A stretch of DNA of 64,000 nt from Myxococcota bacterium (GTDB lineage: Bacteria > Myxococcota_A > UBA9042 > DTJE01). The position numbers were made by a program, and so were the translations under genes. Positions 39,027 to 48,271 of this stretch are shown here, one piece after another. Location: assembly GCA_017994695.1 (NCBI GenBank), contig JAGOKF010000009.1:4461-68460 (forward strand), in the 5' to 3' direction. The notes below the pieces were generated by a model, which had not been told where the DNA came from, ran no database searches, and saw only the letters and a list, made by a program, of their open reading frames with translations. Each line of letters starts with the position of its first letter. Position 1 is the first letter of the stretch.

Positions 39027-39599
39027 TCAGGTTCCCTTGGCCTTCTTGATGATCGCGAAGTTGATGGAGGAGTAGCCCTCGATGGCCGCGGTGGTCATCA
39101 CCAGGCGGATCACCTCGAAGGGGATCGCCTCGTCCGCCTGGATGATGATCTGGCGGGACTCCTCGAGCCACTTCTCGGCCTTCTCCTTGTCCGCCGGCAT
39201 CGGGCGGGCCCGCTCGTAGGACTCCCGGGCGGCCTTCAGCACCTTGGACAGGTCGGGAAGGCGCAGGTCCGGGAAGTTCTTCTCGGCCACCAGGGTGGTC
39301 TTCATCACCTCCTCGCCTTCGAAGACGAGGGACTGGCTGGAGATGCCGATCAGGGGATACCGGTCCAGCGCTCTCCCGGAATAGGCCTTCGGGAGGCGGA
39401 TGTCGTTCTGCTGCATCAGAATCTCGCCGGTGGCCGAGAAGGTGATCAGCAGGAAGACGACCAGGATCGAGAACATGTCGATCATCGGGGTGAGGTTCAG
39501 GTCGAAGAGCATCGCCTTGCGGGCGCCCTTTCCCCCGACCTTCAGCCCCTTCATATTCACGCTGGAGCCGATTCGGCTGCCCGGTGCCTTGATGGCCAT
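39027..39599 (-). CDS. ExbD/TolR family proton-motive-force transducer (AglS/AglQ-like), second copy
   Basis: N-terminal ExbD core (LFDLNLTPMIDMFSILVVFLLITF) followed by a periplasmic domain. The start could instead be MKGLKVGG at 39554. Confidence 0.75.
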   Translation of the reverse strand: MAIKAPGSRIGSSVNMKGLKVGGKGARKAMLFDLNLTPMIDMFSILVVFLLITFSATGEILMQQNDIRLPKAYSGRALDRYPLIGISSQSLVFEGEEVMKTTLVAEKNFPDLRLPDLSKVLKAARESYERARPMPADKEKAEKWLEESRQIIIQADEAIPFEVIRLVMTTAAIEGYSSINFAIIKKAKGT

Positions 39600-39643
39600 C
39601 GGTTCTCCTCCTGGCGGGGACGCCCGGGGGCGCCCCGACGCCG

Positions 39644-40120
39644 TCACTTCTCCATCTCTCCGGCCACGGAGTTCGCGTCGGCCACGACGACGTTCGCCAT
39701 CCCCAGGGACATGCACGTGTCCATCGCCGTGATCATGTCGGAGTAGGCGACCTGGTCCTCCGGGGCCACGATGACCTTCTGGTCCTTCGGGAGCTTCATC
39801 TCCTCGACCTTCTTCCGGAGCCCCGCGGCGTCGTACTTGCCATCGACCTTGGGGATGGACTCGCGGCTCAGGTCGGCGAACTTCACCCAGTAGCCGTTCT
39901 TGTCCAGCAGGATGGTCAGGCGCTTGGGCGGCTCCGTCTGCTGCTGCTTCTGGGGCTTCTGGACCGACTGGTCCACGCTGATGCGTCCCGTCTGGGTCCA
40001 GACCGCGGTGATCAGAAGGAACGTGATGCAGACCGAGAAGAGGTCGATCATCGGCACCAGGTTCAGGGCGACACCGAGGGTCTTCTTCCCGCCCTTGCTG
40101 ATCTCTTGGGGACCGCTCAT
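39644..40120 (-). CDS. ExbD/TolR family protein (AglQ/AglS-like), first copy
   Basis: LNLVPMIDLFSVCITFLLITAVW block. An AGGAGG sequence lies 5 nt upstream of the ATG at 40120. Confidence 0.8.
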   Translation of the reverse strand: MSGPQEISKGGKKTLGVALNLVPMIDLFSVCITFLLITAVWTQTGRISVDQSVQKPQKQQQTEPPKRLTILLDKNGYWVKFADLSRESIPKVDGKYDAAGLRKKVEEMKLPKDQKVIVAPEDQVAYSDMITAMDTCMSLGMANVVVADANSVAGEMEK

Positions 40121-40205
40121 CGTTGCCTCCTGGAAGGACACCGGACCTGCCCAGAACCGGTCGTCAGGACGACCCGGCCGGGAAGGAACGAATGTCCGTC
40201 ACGCC

Positions 40206-40865
40206 TCACTCGCCCCGGCCGGACTTCTCGTTGTCGAACTTGTCCCGGTTCGCGGTGATCAGGTTCAACACGGACACCGTCGTCTCGTTGATGTCGTCCA
40301 CCAGCTGCTGGGACTTCGCCTGGAAGATGGCGTAGGCCAGCGACGCGGTGATGGCGACGGCCAGACCGAAGGCGGTGTTGTACATGGCTTCGGAAATTCC
40401 CTTCGCCAGCTCGGTGGCCTTCGAAGCCGCATCGGCCTCGGCCACGGCGCCGAACGAACGGATCAGGCCGAAGATGGTTCCGAGGAGGCCCATCAGCACC
40501 GCCACGTTCCCAATGACCGCCAGGAAGCCGATGCGCTTCTCGATCCGGGGCAGCTCCCGGAGAGCCGCCTCGTCCATCGCCGCCTGCACGGCTCCGTCGG
40601 ACTCCTTGGCCTTCATCAGGCCGGCCTGGAGGACCTTCGCCAGCGGGAACTTGGAGATGGAGCACAGTTTCAGCGCATTCTTCAGATCGCCCACCAGGAT
40701 GTACTTCGTCAGCACGCGGGTGAACCCTTCCTTGTCCACGTTGGACTGGAAGTAGAGCACCACGACGCGCTCGATGATCACGCCGAACATGAAGATCGAC
40801 GTGGCCAGGATGATGTACATGTTGGCGCCACCCTTCTCGAACGCCGTTGCGATGAACTCGAACAT
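40206..40865 (-). CDS. MotA/TolQ/ExbB family proton channel (AglR-like)
   Basis: Three TMs and a conserved MotA/TolQ/ExbB C-terminal half (IGFLAVIGNVAVLMGLLGTIFGLIRSF). Confidence 0.85.
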   Translation of the reverse strand: MFEFIATAFEKGGANMYIILATSIFMFGVIIERVVVLYFQSNVDKEGFTRVLTKYILVGDLKNALKLCSISKFPLAKVLQAGLMKAKESDGAVQAAMDEAALRELPRIEKRIGFLAVIGNVAVLMGLLGTIFGLIRSFGAVAEADAASKATELAKGISEAMYNTAFGLAVAITASLAYAIFQAKSQQLVDDINETTVSVLNLITANRDKFDNEKSGRGE

Positions 40866-41051
40866 CTCTGCACTCCTCCTCTTGCTGGCCTCGACTCTCT
40901 CCCCTCGCGGGGAACCATCCCACAGGCAACCCCGCGCTGAAGGATCCCTCGGGACACCAAGCGCGGTAAACCCCTATAGCAGCCCTGAACCCGGGTTGTC
41001 AACTTCCCATCCAGGCCGACCCTGCCCGGAGCCGGCGAACATTCCTCGGAA

Positions 41052-42812
41052 TCATCCGGGGTTGAAGACGAAGGGCCACTGCACCACGCAGATGCCTCCC
41101 TCCGGCTTCGCGAAACGCATGTTGCGGATCGTCCGAAGCACGCACTGGACCACGGCATCGTTGCCCAGGGAGGAATCGACCAGGGAGGCGTCGGAGACCC
41201 GGCCCTCCAGGTCGATCGTCCACCGGACCGTCACCTTTCCTGCGAGGGTCTCGTAGATCTGCAACTGCTGCTCGTAGCAGGCCCGGATCGCACCCGCCCG
41301 CTGCATCACGACGGCCTGGATGTTGTTTCTCTGGCAGAAGCCCGTGGCCCCCATTCCGCCCAGGGACATCTTGCCGACACTCTTTGTGCCCTTCTTGCCC
41401 AGGCCGGCCCGCATCCCCATGCCGCCACCGGTGTCCACCCGGCCGAGGCCGTGGATGCGCCCATAGCCCCCGGTGCCTCCGCCGCCCGGGCCGGTTCCCT
41501 TGAAGCCCATGCCTCCGGCCCCGTAGCCGACCACCAGTTCGGAACCGGTCCCGGCCATCGCCACGGCCATCCGGTTTTCGAAGGCGTCGGCGTTGTCCGA
41601 CAGGATCGACGAGATGGCTCCGGACTGTCCCATCCGGTTGGACAGCAGGTCCGCCAGTCCCACCTTCTTCGGGTCGATGCGGGCCGCCAGCGCGCCGTCC
41701 CGCCGCGGGACCTTGGATTCCAGGTTCGGGTCCTTGTCCGGGTCGCCGAACTTCCCTTCCTCGCCCTCGGCCCGCTTGCCCACCGAGTCGTCCTCCTCGC
41801 CGATCTCGAGGAGCGTCTCCTCCTTCTCCATCGTGACGTTGGCCTCGACCTTCAGAAGGCGGCGCTCCGCCGGGCGCTGCTCGACCTTCTCGGTCGGGTC
41901 CCAGGCGAACTGGGAATAGACCCACAGGGACACGAGCACGAACAGCGATCCCACCGTCGCGGCGATGAAGTTCCCGTCCATCGACATCGCGGTGCTGCGG
42001 CCGATGATGACGTCCGGCCGGACGAACTGGAAGAAGACCTCCAGTTTCCCGAACTCCAGGACGCCCCAGTCGCCCTTCTGGACGGTCACGTAGTTCAGAC
42101 CGCTCTGGTCGCTGGTGTGCTTCTTCACGTACTCGCGCACGGGCAGCAGGGTGTTGTCCAGGTTGACCCGGCCCTGGAAGTCCCGGGAGAGGGCCACCTG
42201 GTAGACGCCCTTCTTGTCGAAACGGAACAGGGTCAGGGACCGCCCCACGGAGGGGTCCGGGACGATGAAGTCGCAGGAGACCGCCTCGCCGATGGTGATG
42301 TCGCGCCTCTCGGTGAAGGTCGTTTCCTTGATGATCTTCCCGTCCCAGAGCAGCGCCACCCGCAGCAGGCGGTCATCGGGCCCGAGGATCGGCTGGGCCG
42401 ACAGCGTCCAGATGAAACCCACCACCTGGATGAGGATCCCCAGGAACATCAGGTGATAGCCGTAGTACATCGCCAGTTGCGTGTGGGCCTTCATGGTGCC
42501 CTGCTGCACCATGGCCAGCATCTCGGAACGCACGGTGAAGGGGACCAGGAACAGGAGGACGAAGGAAAGGCCCACGGACACGAGTCCCGCAGTGGCGAGC
42601 ACCTTCTTGCGGTGGGTCGCCAGGGCGACGCCGGCGGCGACCAGTCCCGCCCCCATCAGGACCATTGAGAGGACCCCGTCCCACCAGGCGATCCCCTGGG
42701 ACAGCGTTTCGTCGGTGAAGCGGACGACGTCGGTGTCCACCCAGGGGACCGAGATGCCTCCGATGAGACCCACCAGGGCACCGACCACGGCGATCCACAA
42801 GCCAATCTGCAT
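41052..42812 (-). CDS. Membrane protein with 4 N-terminal TMs, an FHA-like region, a Gly-rich linker and a C-terminal AgmX/PglI-type TonB-C domain (GltG/GltJ-like)
   Basis: The C-terminus GKVTVRWTIDLEGRVSDASLVDSSLGNDAVVQCVLRTIRNMRFAKPEGG fits the TonB_C / AgmX-PglI C-terminal pattern. It lies upstream of tolQ-tolR-tolR on the same strand. Confidence 0.55.
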   Translation of the reverse strand: MQIGLWIAVVGALVGLIGGISVPWVDTDVVRFTDETLSQGIAWWDGVLSMVLMGAGLVAAGVALATHRKKVLATAGLVSVGLSFVLLFLVPFTVRSEMLAMVQQGTMKAHTQLAMYYGYHLMFLGILIQVVGFIWTLSAQPILGPDDRLLRVALLWDGKIIKETTFTERRDITIGEAVSCDFIVPDPSVGRSLTLFRFDKKGVYQVALSRDFQGRVNLDNTLLPVREYVKKHTSDQSGLNYVTVQKGDWGVLEFGKLEVFFQFVRPDVIIGRSTAMSMDGNFIAATVGSLFVLVSLWVYSQFAWDPTEKVEQRPAERRLLKVEANVTMEKEETLLEIGEEDDSVGKRAEGEEGKFGDPDKDPNLESKVPRRDGALAARIDPKKVGLADLLSNRMGQSGAISSILSDNADAFENRMAVAMAGTGSELVVGYGAGGMGFKGTGPGGGGTGGYGRIHGLGRVDTGGGMGMRAGLGKKGTKSVGKMSLGGMGATGFCQRNNIQAVVMQRAGAIRACYEQQLQIYETLAGKVTVRWTIDLEGRVSDASLVDSSLGNDAVVQCVLRTIRNMRFAKPEGGICVVQWPFVFNPG

Positions 42813-43096
42813 GTTCCTGCCCTCTCGTTTCAAGGGAGGCGATCACCCACCTCCGCGGGTCCGCCGCCCCGATCCCTGGCCCGACGCCTGGCAGGCCGTT
42901 TCGGGTCCCGGGGGAACCCAGGCGGAGGGATTCTCCAAAGAACCTTCCGGCGCGTCAACGGGAAATTTCATTCCCTCCCCACGATGGGGGCATCGTCCGG
43001 AAATCCGCCGGTTTTTCAATGCCGCCCGGACACCTGGACTACCGGTTCCGGCACGGAAAGATTCCCGACGACGTGGGGCACGGGGCCCGCCGCGAT

Positions 43097-44089
43097 TCAG
43101 TCCTTCAGCAGCAGCCGCCAGGGATGGCGCTTGATGTCCTTCATCAACGCCACCAGGTCGTCGTAGATCTCCCGTTCCGCCAGGAGCCCTCCCACCGTCC
43201 CCTTCCCCTCGGCCACCCCCTGGACGATGCCCCGGACCTGGGCCACCAGGGCCAGGAGGTCCGGCCGGGCGGCGACCACCAGGGCCGCGAGATCCCGGGC
43301 CACCTGGCTGCCGTCGGTCGCCAGGCGCTCGACCTCCCGGACGGTCCCGGGGAGGGCGTCCAGGACCGGCCCGATCCCGCGGTCCACCTTGCGGGCCAGG
43401 TCCCGGACGGCGGCGACGGCCTCGGCCACGGTGGCCCCGTTGCGGGTCTCCTCGCCGATCCCGGCGGAGATCTGGTCCAGGCGGGCCAGGGTCCGGCGGA
43501 TGACCGGACGGCTCTCCTCGAGGATCTGGCTGGCCTGGGCGGTCACCTGCCGGATGTTGGCGATGCTCTCCCGGAGGTTTTCCCGGTTCTCGGACAGGAA
43601 GGAGGAGATGTCCGCGACCAGGGTGCCGGCATCCGATCCCACGGCGTCCAGGTTCATCGGGCCCTTGCCGACGAAGACCCAGTCCGCCGGCACCGCCGGG
43701 GCCTCCAGGGATCCCGGGGAGACCTCGACGTACTTCTCGCCGAGGATGCCCAGAGTCGTGAGCCGGAACAACGCATCGTGGCGCAGCATCCCCGCGGCGT
43801 CGGCGTCGATGGCGAGGGTCACCCGCACCCCCACCGGCCGGTTGTTCCGGGCCGGATCGGGCCGCCCCCCCCAGAGTTCCACCCGGGTCACCTTGCCGAC
43901 GGTGACCCCGGTGACCTTCACCGGAGCCCCCACCTTCAGGTCGGCCGACGTCGGGAAGTCCACCACCACCGGAACCCGCTTCTCGCAGCGGAAGTCGCCC
44001 AGCAGCACCAGGAACAGGACCAGCAGGGCCAGGGCCGTCAGGATGAGCCCCCCCACCTTCCATTCCAGGGATCGGGTGCGATCGGTCAT
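43097..44089 (-). CDS. mlaD: MCE-family substrate-binding protein (MlaD-like)
   Basis: N-terminal TM followed by an MCE domain (VDFPTSADLKVGAPVKVTGVTVGKV). Confidence 0.8.
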   Translation of the reverse strand: MTDRTRSLEWKVGGLILTALALLVLFLVLLGDFRCEKRVPVVVDFPTSADLKVGAPVKVTGVTVGKVTRVELWGGRPDPARNNRPVGVRVTLAIDADAAGMLRHDALFRLTTLGILGEKYVEVSPGSLEAPAVPADWVFVGKGPMNLDAVGSDAGTLVADISSFLSENRENLRESIANIRQVTAQASQILEESRPVIRRTLARLDQISAGIGEETRNGATVAEAVAAVRDLARKVDRGIGPVLDALPGTVREVERLATDGSQVARDLAALVVAARPDLLALVAQVRGIVQGVAEGKGTVGGLLAEREIYDDLVALMKDIKRHPWRLLLKD

Positions 44090-44092
44090 CCT

Positions 44093-44836
44093 TCAGGTCT
44101 CCATCGGTCCTTCCGGGGCGCCGGTGATGAACTGCCGGACCACCGGGTCCTCGCTGCGGCGGAAGTCTTCCGGGGTTCCGTCCAGGCGGACGCGGCCTTT
44201 ATACAGAAAGATGATCCGGTCGGCAATCGTGAAGATGCTGGTCAGGTCGTGGGAGACCACGACGACGGACTTGCCCATCTCCCGGCAGAGGTGGATCGCC
44301 AGGCGGTCGATGCTCCGGGCCGCCACCGGGTCCAGGCCGGTGGTGGGCTCGTCGAGAATGGCCCAGTCGGGATCGAGGGTCAGGGAACGGGCGATGCTGA
44401 CCCGCTTTCGCTCCGAGGGGCCGACCTGGGCCGGCAGGAGGTCCGCCTTCTGGGACATGTCGACACGGTCCAGGAACGACGTCGCTTCCTCGAGGGCCCG
44501 GGCCCGGGAAATGCGCCGGTGCATCCGGAGGGGCAGGGCCACGTTCTCCCGCAGCGTCATGCTGTCGAACAGGTTGGGGTGCTGGAAGACCATCGCGTAG
44601 CGACGCCGGGCCTCCCGCCAGCGATCCTCGGAAAAGGAAGAGGTGTCCTCCCCGTCCAGGATCACCCGGCCGGCGTCGGGCACGAGCAGGCCGACCGCAT
44701 GCTTCATCAGCACGCTCTTGCCCGTCCCCGAGGCCCCGATGACGAAGGTGATCTCCCCCTCCCGGATCCCGAGGTCGATGCCTTCGAGCACCGGACGGCC
44801 GTCGAACCCCTTGCTGAGCCCTTCGAAGGCGATCAT
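44093..44836 (-). CDS. mlaF: ABC transporter ATP-binding protein (MlaF-like), copy 1
   Basis: Walker A GASGTGKS, Walker B ILDEPTTGLD, H-loop. Confidence 0.85.
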   Translation of the reverse strand: MIAFEGLSKGFDGRPVLEGIDLGIREGEITFVIGASGTGKSVLMKHAVGLLVPDAGRVILDGEDTSSFSEDRWREARRRYAMVFQHPNLFDSMTLRENVALPLRMHRRISRARALEEATSFLDRVDMSQKADLLPAQVGPSERKRVSIARSLTLDPDWAILDEPTTGLDPVAARSIDRLAIHLCREMGKSVVVVSHDLTSIFTIADRIIFLYKGRVRLDGTPEDFRRSEDPVVRQFITGAPEGPMET

Positions 44837-44843
44837 GGTCGCG

Positions 44844-45611
44844 TCAATGCCCCATCAGGAAGGCCGCCGTCGAGATCAGGAAGTCCAGCACGATGACCAC
44901 GAAGGACGACCGGACCACGGCCGCGGTGGTCGCCTGCCCGACGCCCTCGGATCCCCCGAAGGCCTGGAACCCCGCATGGGCCGACAGGATCGGGATCACG
45001 ATGCCGTAGGCCTGGGCCTTCAGGTATCCGAAGAAGACGTCGATGGGGGCGATACCCGAGAAGTCCAGGAAGATCCGGCTGCCGATGGCGAACCGGTAAT
45101 GCCCCATCAGGTATCCGGCCAAGGAACCGACCAGGGTCCCGAAGACCCAGAGGACCGGCATCATCACCACGCAGGCCAGGAAGCGTGGGACCACGAGCCA
45201 GGAGACGGGATCGCTGTTGGCGACCTTCAGGGCCTCCACCTGGTCGGTGACGGTCATCGACCCCAGTTCCGCGGCGATCCCCGCTCCCACCCGCGTGGCG
45301 ACCATCAAGCCCGTGACGGTCGGTCCGAAGGTCCGCACCATCGCGAAGAGGAAGGCGCCGCCCACTCCGGACAGGTCCGGGAGGACCTTCAGGGTCTGGA
45401 CGCAGGCCTGGTACACCAGGATCAGGCCCAGGAACCCGAGGGTCACGGCGATGAAGACGACGGACCGGTTGCCCACGTTGTGCATCTGGTCCAGCAGGCG
45501 CTGCCTCGGCGGCGGGCGCCGGATCGTGGCCGCCAGGGTCCGCAGCAGCAGCACGGAGGGCTCCCGGAGGAGGGCGGGGACCGGGGATGTTCGGGGTTTC
45601 GATCCCCTCAT
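44844..45611 (-). CDS. mlaE: ABC transporter permease (MlaE-like), copy 1
   Basis: MlaE-type TM core (MTVTDQVEALKVANSDPVSWLVVPRFLA). Start taken at MRGSKP; the upstream extension is low-complexity. Confidence 0.7.
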   Translation of the reverse strand: MRGSKPRTSPVPALLREPSVLLLRTLAATIRRPPPRQRLLDQMHNVGNRSVVFIAVTLGFLGLILVYQACVQTLKVLPDLSGVGGAFLFAMVRTFGPTVTGLMVATRVGAGIAAELGSMTVTDQVEALKVANSDPVSWLVVPRFLACVVMMPVLWVFGTLVGSLAGYLMGHYRFAIGSRIFLDFSGIAPIDVFFGYLKAQAYGIVIPILSAHAGFQAFGGSEGVGQATTAAVVRSSFVVIVLDFLISTAAFLMGH

Positions 45612-45616
45612 GGCGA

Positions 45617-46435
45617 TCAAATCCACAGCGAAGTGACCAGGAAGTTCACCACGAAGATGGCGATGGCGCTGGTGACCACCGCCTCGTTCACGGCCCGTCC
45701 CACCCCGGCGGCCCCGCCGGTGACCCGCAGCCCGTAGTGGCAGGACACGATGCCGATGGCGCCCCCGAAGAAGAAGCCCTTCACGAGCCCCATCAGGAAC
45801 TCGTCCAGGAGGTGCCCGTCGATCAGCCCCTGCCAGAAGACTCGCACCTCGATGCCCAGGATGGCCTGGCATGCCACCGAGGCGCCGATCAGGGCCGCGA
45901 GGTCCCCGATGCACGTCAGCAGGACCAGCATGACGATCATCGACAGGAAGCGTGGAACCACGAGGTAGCGGATCGGATCGATGCCCAGCAGGCGCAGGGC
46001 CTCCACCTGCTCCGTCACCACCATGGTCCCCAGTTCCGCCGCGTTGTTGGACCCCACGCGGCCGCCGAACATCAGCCCGATCAGCACCGGTCCGACCTCC
46101 GCGAGGGTGGCCAGGCCGGTGCCCCAGCCGACCATTCCCGTCGCCCCCGTCCTCCGCACGAAGGGACCGGTCTGGACCAGCATCAGTCCCCCGACGAAGA
46201 GGGCCGTCAGGGTGACCACCGCGACGGACTGGACCCCGATCTTGTAGGCCTGCCGGACGGTTTCGTCCCGATCGAAGGTCGGGGGAACCATCGCCCGCAG
46301 GATCCGCACCTGGAGCAGCGTCATCCCCCCCATCACCCGGCAGGCGTTCAGCACGCCCCGTCCCAGGAGGACCAGGGGAAGAGCCCAGGGGGACGCCGGG
46401 CGGTCCTGGAGGGCCGGGGAATCAGCGAGCGGCAT
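45617..46435 (-). CDS. ABC transporter permease (MlaE-like), copy 2
   Basis: MVVTEQVEALRLLGIDPIRYLVVPRFLS matches the MlaE signature region. It is a distinct paralog of copy 1. Confidence 0.75.
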   Translation of the reverse strand: MPLADSPALQDRPASPWALPLVLLGRGVLNACRVMGGMTLLQVRILRAMVPPTFDRDETVRQAYKIGVQSVAVVTLTALFVGGLMLVQTGPFVRRTGATGMVGWGTGLATLAEVGPVLIGLMFGGRVGSNNAAELGTMVVTEQVEALRLLGIDPIRYLVVPRFLSMIVMLVLLTCIGDLAALIGASVACQAILGIEVRVFWQGLIDGHLLDEFLMGLVKGFFFGGAIGIVSCHYGLRVTGGAAGVGRAVNEAVVTSAIAIFVVNFLVTSLWI

Positions 46436-47174
46436 CCTGCACCTCCTGGAAGAAGTCCCTCACCCGGGGATCGGGATGACTCCGGGCGTCTTCCAGCGTT
46501 CCGCTGAAGAGGATGGTCCCTGCGTCGGCCAGGTGGAACCGGCTGCAGCACCGGGCCAGCCGGGGAATGTCGTGGGAAGTGATGACGACCGTCGCGCCGG
46601 TCTGCCGCTGCTCCCGGGAAATCAGGTCGAAGATCCGCGAGGTGGTGACTGGGTCCAGGCCGCCCGCCGGGTCGTCGAAGAGCAGGAGGTCGGGCCGGGC
46701 CACGGCCGCACGCGCCACCGCAACGCGCCGCTGCATGCCCCCGGAAAGGGCCTGGATCGGGAGGTTGGCGACGCCGCCGGGCAACCGGACCGCCTGCAGG
46801 CTTGCGGCCACCCGCCGGTCCCGCTCCTCAGGGGAAAGGGGGGGAGAGACCTCCTCCAGGGGCAGTGCCACGTTGTCCCCGACCGTCAGGAAGTCGAACA
46901 GGGCGAGGTTCTGGAACTGGACCCCGATCCGGGACCGGATCGGGCGGAGACGATCCTCGTCCCCGAAGGGAACCGGCTCCCCGAACAGGGACACCGTTCC
47001 CGAGTCCGGGGGGAGCAGGGTCGCGATCGTCTTCAAGATCAGGGTCTTTCCGGATCCTCCTGGGCCAACGAGGGCATGCATCCGCCCGGCCTCCAGGGCC
47101 AGCCGGACCCCCTGGAGACACGGGACGCCCGACAGGGTGGTGCGAACGTCGTCCAGCCGGGCCGCATCAGGCAT
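46422..47174 (-). CDS. ABC transporter ATP-binding protein (MlaF-like), copy 2
   Basis: Walker A GPGGSGKT, LSGGMQRRVAVARA, LLFDDPAGGLD. Confidence 0.85.
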   Translation of the reverse strand: MPDAARLDDVRTTLSGVPCLQGVRLALEAGRMHALVGPGGSGKTLILKTIATLLPPDSGTVSLFGEPVPFGDEDRLRPIRSRIGVQFQNLALFDFLTVGDNVALPLEEVSPPLSPEERDRRVAASLQAVRLPGGVANLPIQALSGGMQRRVAVARAAVARPDLLLFDDPAGGLDPVTTSRIFDLISREQRQTGATVVITSHDIPRLARCCSRFHLADAGTILFSGTLEDARSHPDPRVRDFFQEVQDAAR

Positions 47175-47661
47175 CGAATTCGTCGTCCGGGAATGGAGGC
47201 GTCTCGTCCGGGAGGTCGGAAATCTTCCTCACGCCCGCGTATGCGGGGGAATCGTCGGATTCGTCGGGAAGGCTGATGCAGGCGAAGAGGGCGATGGCCC
47301 GGTCCACCAGCGGTTCGGAAGTGACCACCACGTCGAGACCCCGCCGGTTCAGTAGGCGCCGGAAGGTGGCACCGGCCGAACTGGTGATGAGGGCCTGGCA
47401 GTCCCGGATCGCGTCGGCCAGGGCGCTGTACCGGGTCCGCCAGGCGTCCCGGCGCATCCGACGGGGCACGTGAGGACGGGGGCGGTGGAGGCGACGTTCG
47501 ACCCGGATCACCTCCCCGAGGGCGACCTCGGCGATGATGAACGCCGAGGCGCGGGAGGGGCTGGCTGCCAGGAAGACCCCGTCGTCGGTGGGGATGGCGA
47601 TCTTCAAGGACGCCCCCGGGAGACCCGGGCGGATTATGCCCGGTTCGGTCCCCGCGTTCAA
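47167..47661 (-). CDS. NifX/NifB-type (Nitro_FeMo-Co family, PF02579-like) small protein
   Basis: KIAIPTDDG...SAFIIAEV..GEV...LITSSAGATFRRLLNRRGLDVVVT matches the family core. The true start may be a non-ATG codon nearer the KIAIP segment. 8-nt overlap with the mlaF copy 2 start. Confidence 0.5.
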   Translation of the reverse strand: MNAGTEPGIIRPGLPGASLKIAIPTDDGVFLAASPSRASAFIIAEVALGEVIRVERRLHRPRPHVPRRMRRDAWRTRYSALADAIRDCQALITSSAGATFRRLLNRRGLDVVVTSEPLVDRAIALFACISLPDESDDSPAYAGVRKISDLPDETPPFPDDEFDA

Positions 47662-47812
47662 GGACCGGGTCGCCCCACCGACCGAAAGCCCGCGTTCCGG
47701 CCGGGTTCATGGCCCCGGGCCGTCCGTCCGCCCGGCGGGGGCCGGAACACGATTCTGGTTGGCCAGGAGGGTGCCAGATGGGGTAGTCTTCCCGGGGACC
47801 TCGGGAGAGGGC

Positions 47813-48247
47813 ATGAGAAGTCGCTGGTGGTTGATCCTGTTGGCGGGATGCGCGTCGGAGATGTCGTCGGCGAACCGCCTCGACGAGGCCCTCCGGGCCT
47901 ACCATCATCACCTGAAGGCGAAGGACCTGGAGAGGGCGTCCTCCTACGTCGCGGGGGATGCCATGGAGGACTTCCGATCCCTGCACGGGGACCGGAGGAA
48001 CGGCCTCCAGATGGAGGAATTCCAGGTGGAGACGGTGCGCTTCCTCCACGGCCAGGACCGGAAGGAACCTCTCCGGGCGATGGTGCTGGTCACCCTGGAG
48101 GCGAGACAGGCGAACTCGCTGGTCGTGCGCCCCGTGCGACTCCTGCAGACGTGGGAGGAACGGGGCGGGCGGTGGGTCCTGATCCGGACCGGGATCGCCC
48201 CAGAACGATGGGAGGGGGCCGATGCCCCGGGATCGGAACATCCCTGA
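47813..48247 (+). CDS. Hypothetical small lipoprotein
   Basis: ATG at 47813 and lipobox LLAGCAS. 144 aa with no recognisable domain. Confidence 0.45.
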   Translation: MRSRWWLILLAGCASEMSSANRLDEALRAYHHHLKAKDLERASSYVAGDAMEDFRSLHGDRRNGLQMEEFQVETVRFLHGQDRKEPLRAMVLVTLEARQANSLVVRPVRLLQTWEERGGRWVLIRTGIAPERWEGADAPGSEHP

Positions 48248-48271
48248 AGGACCGGGTCCTGGGAGGACGCC

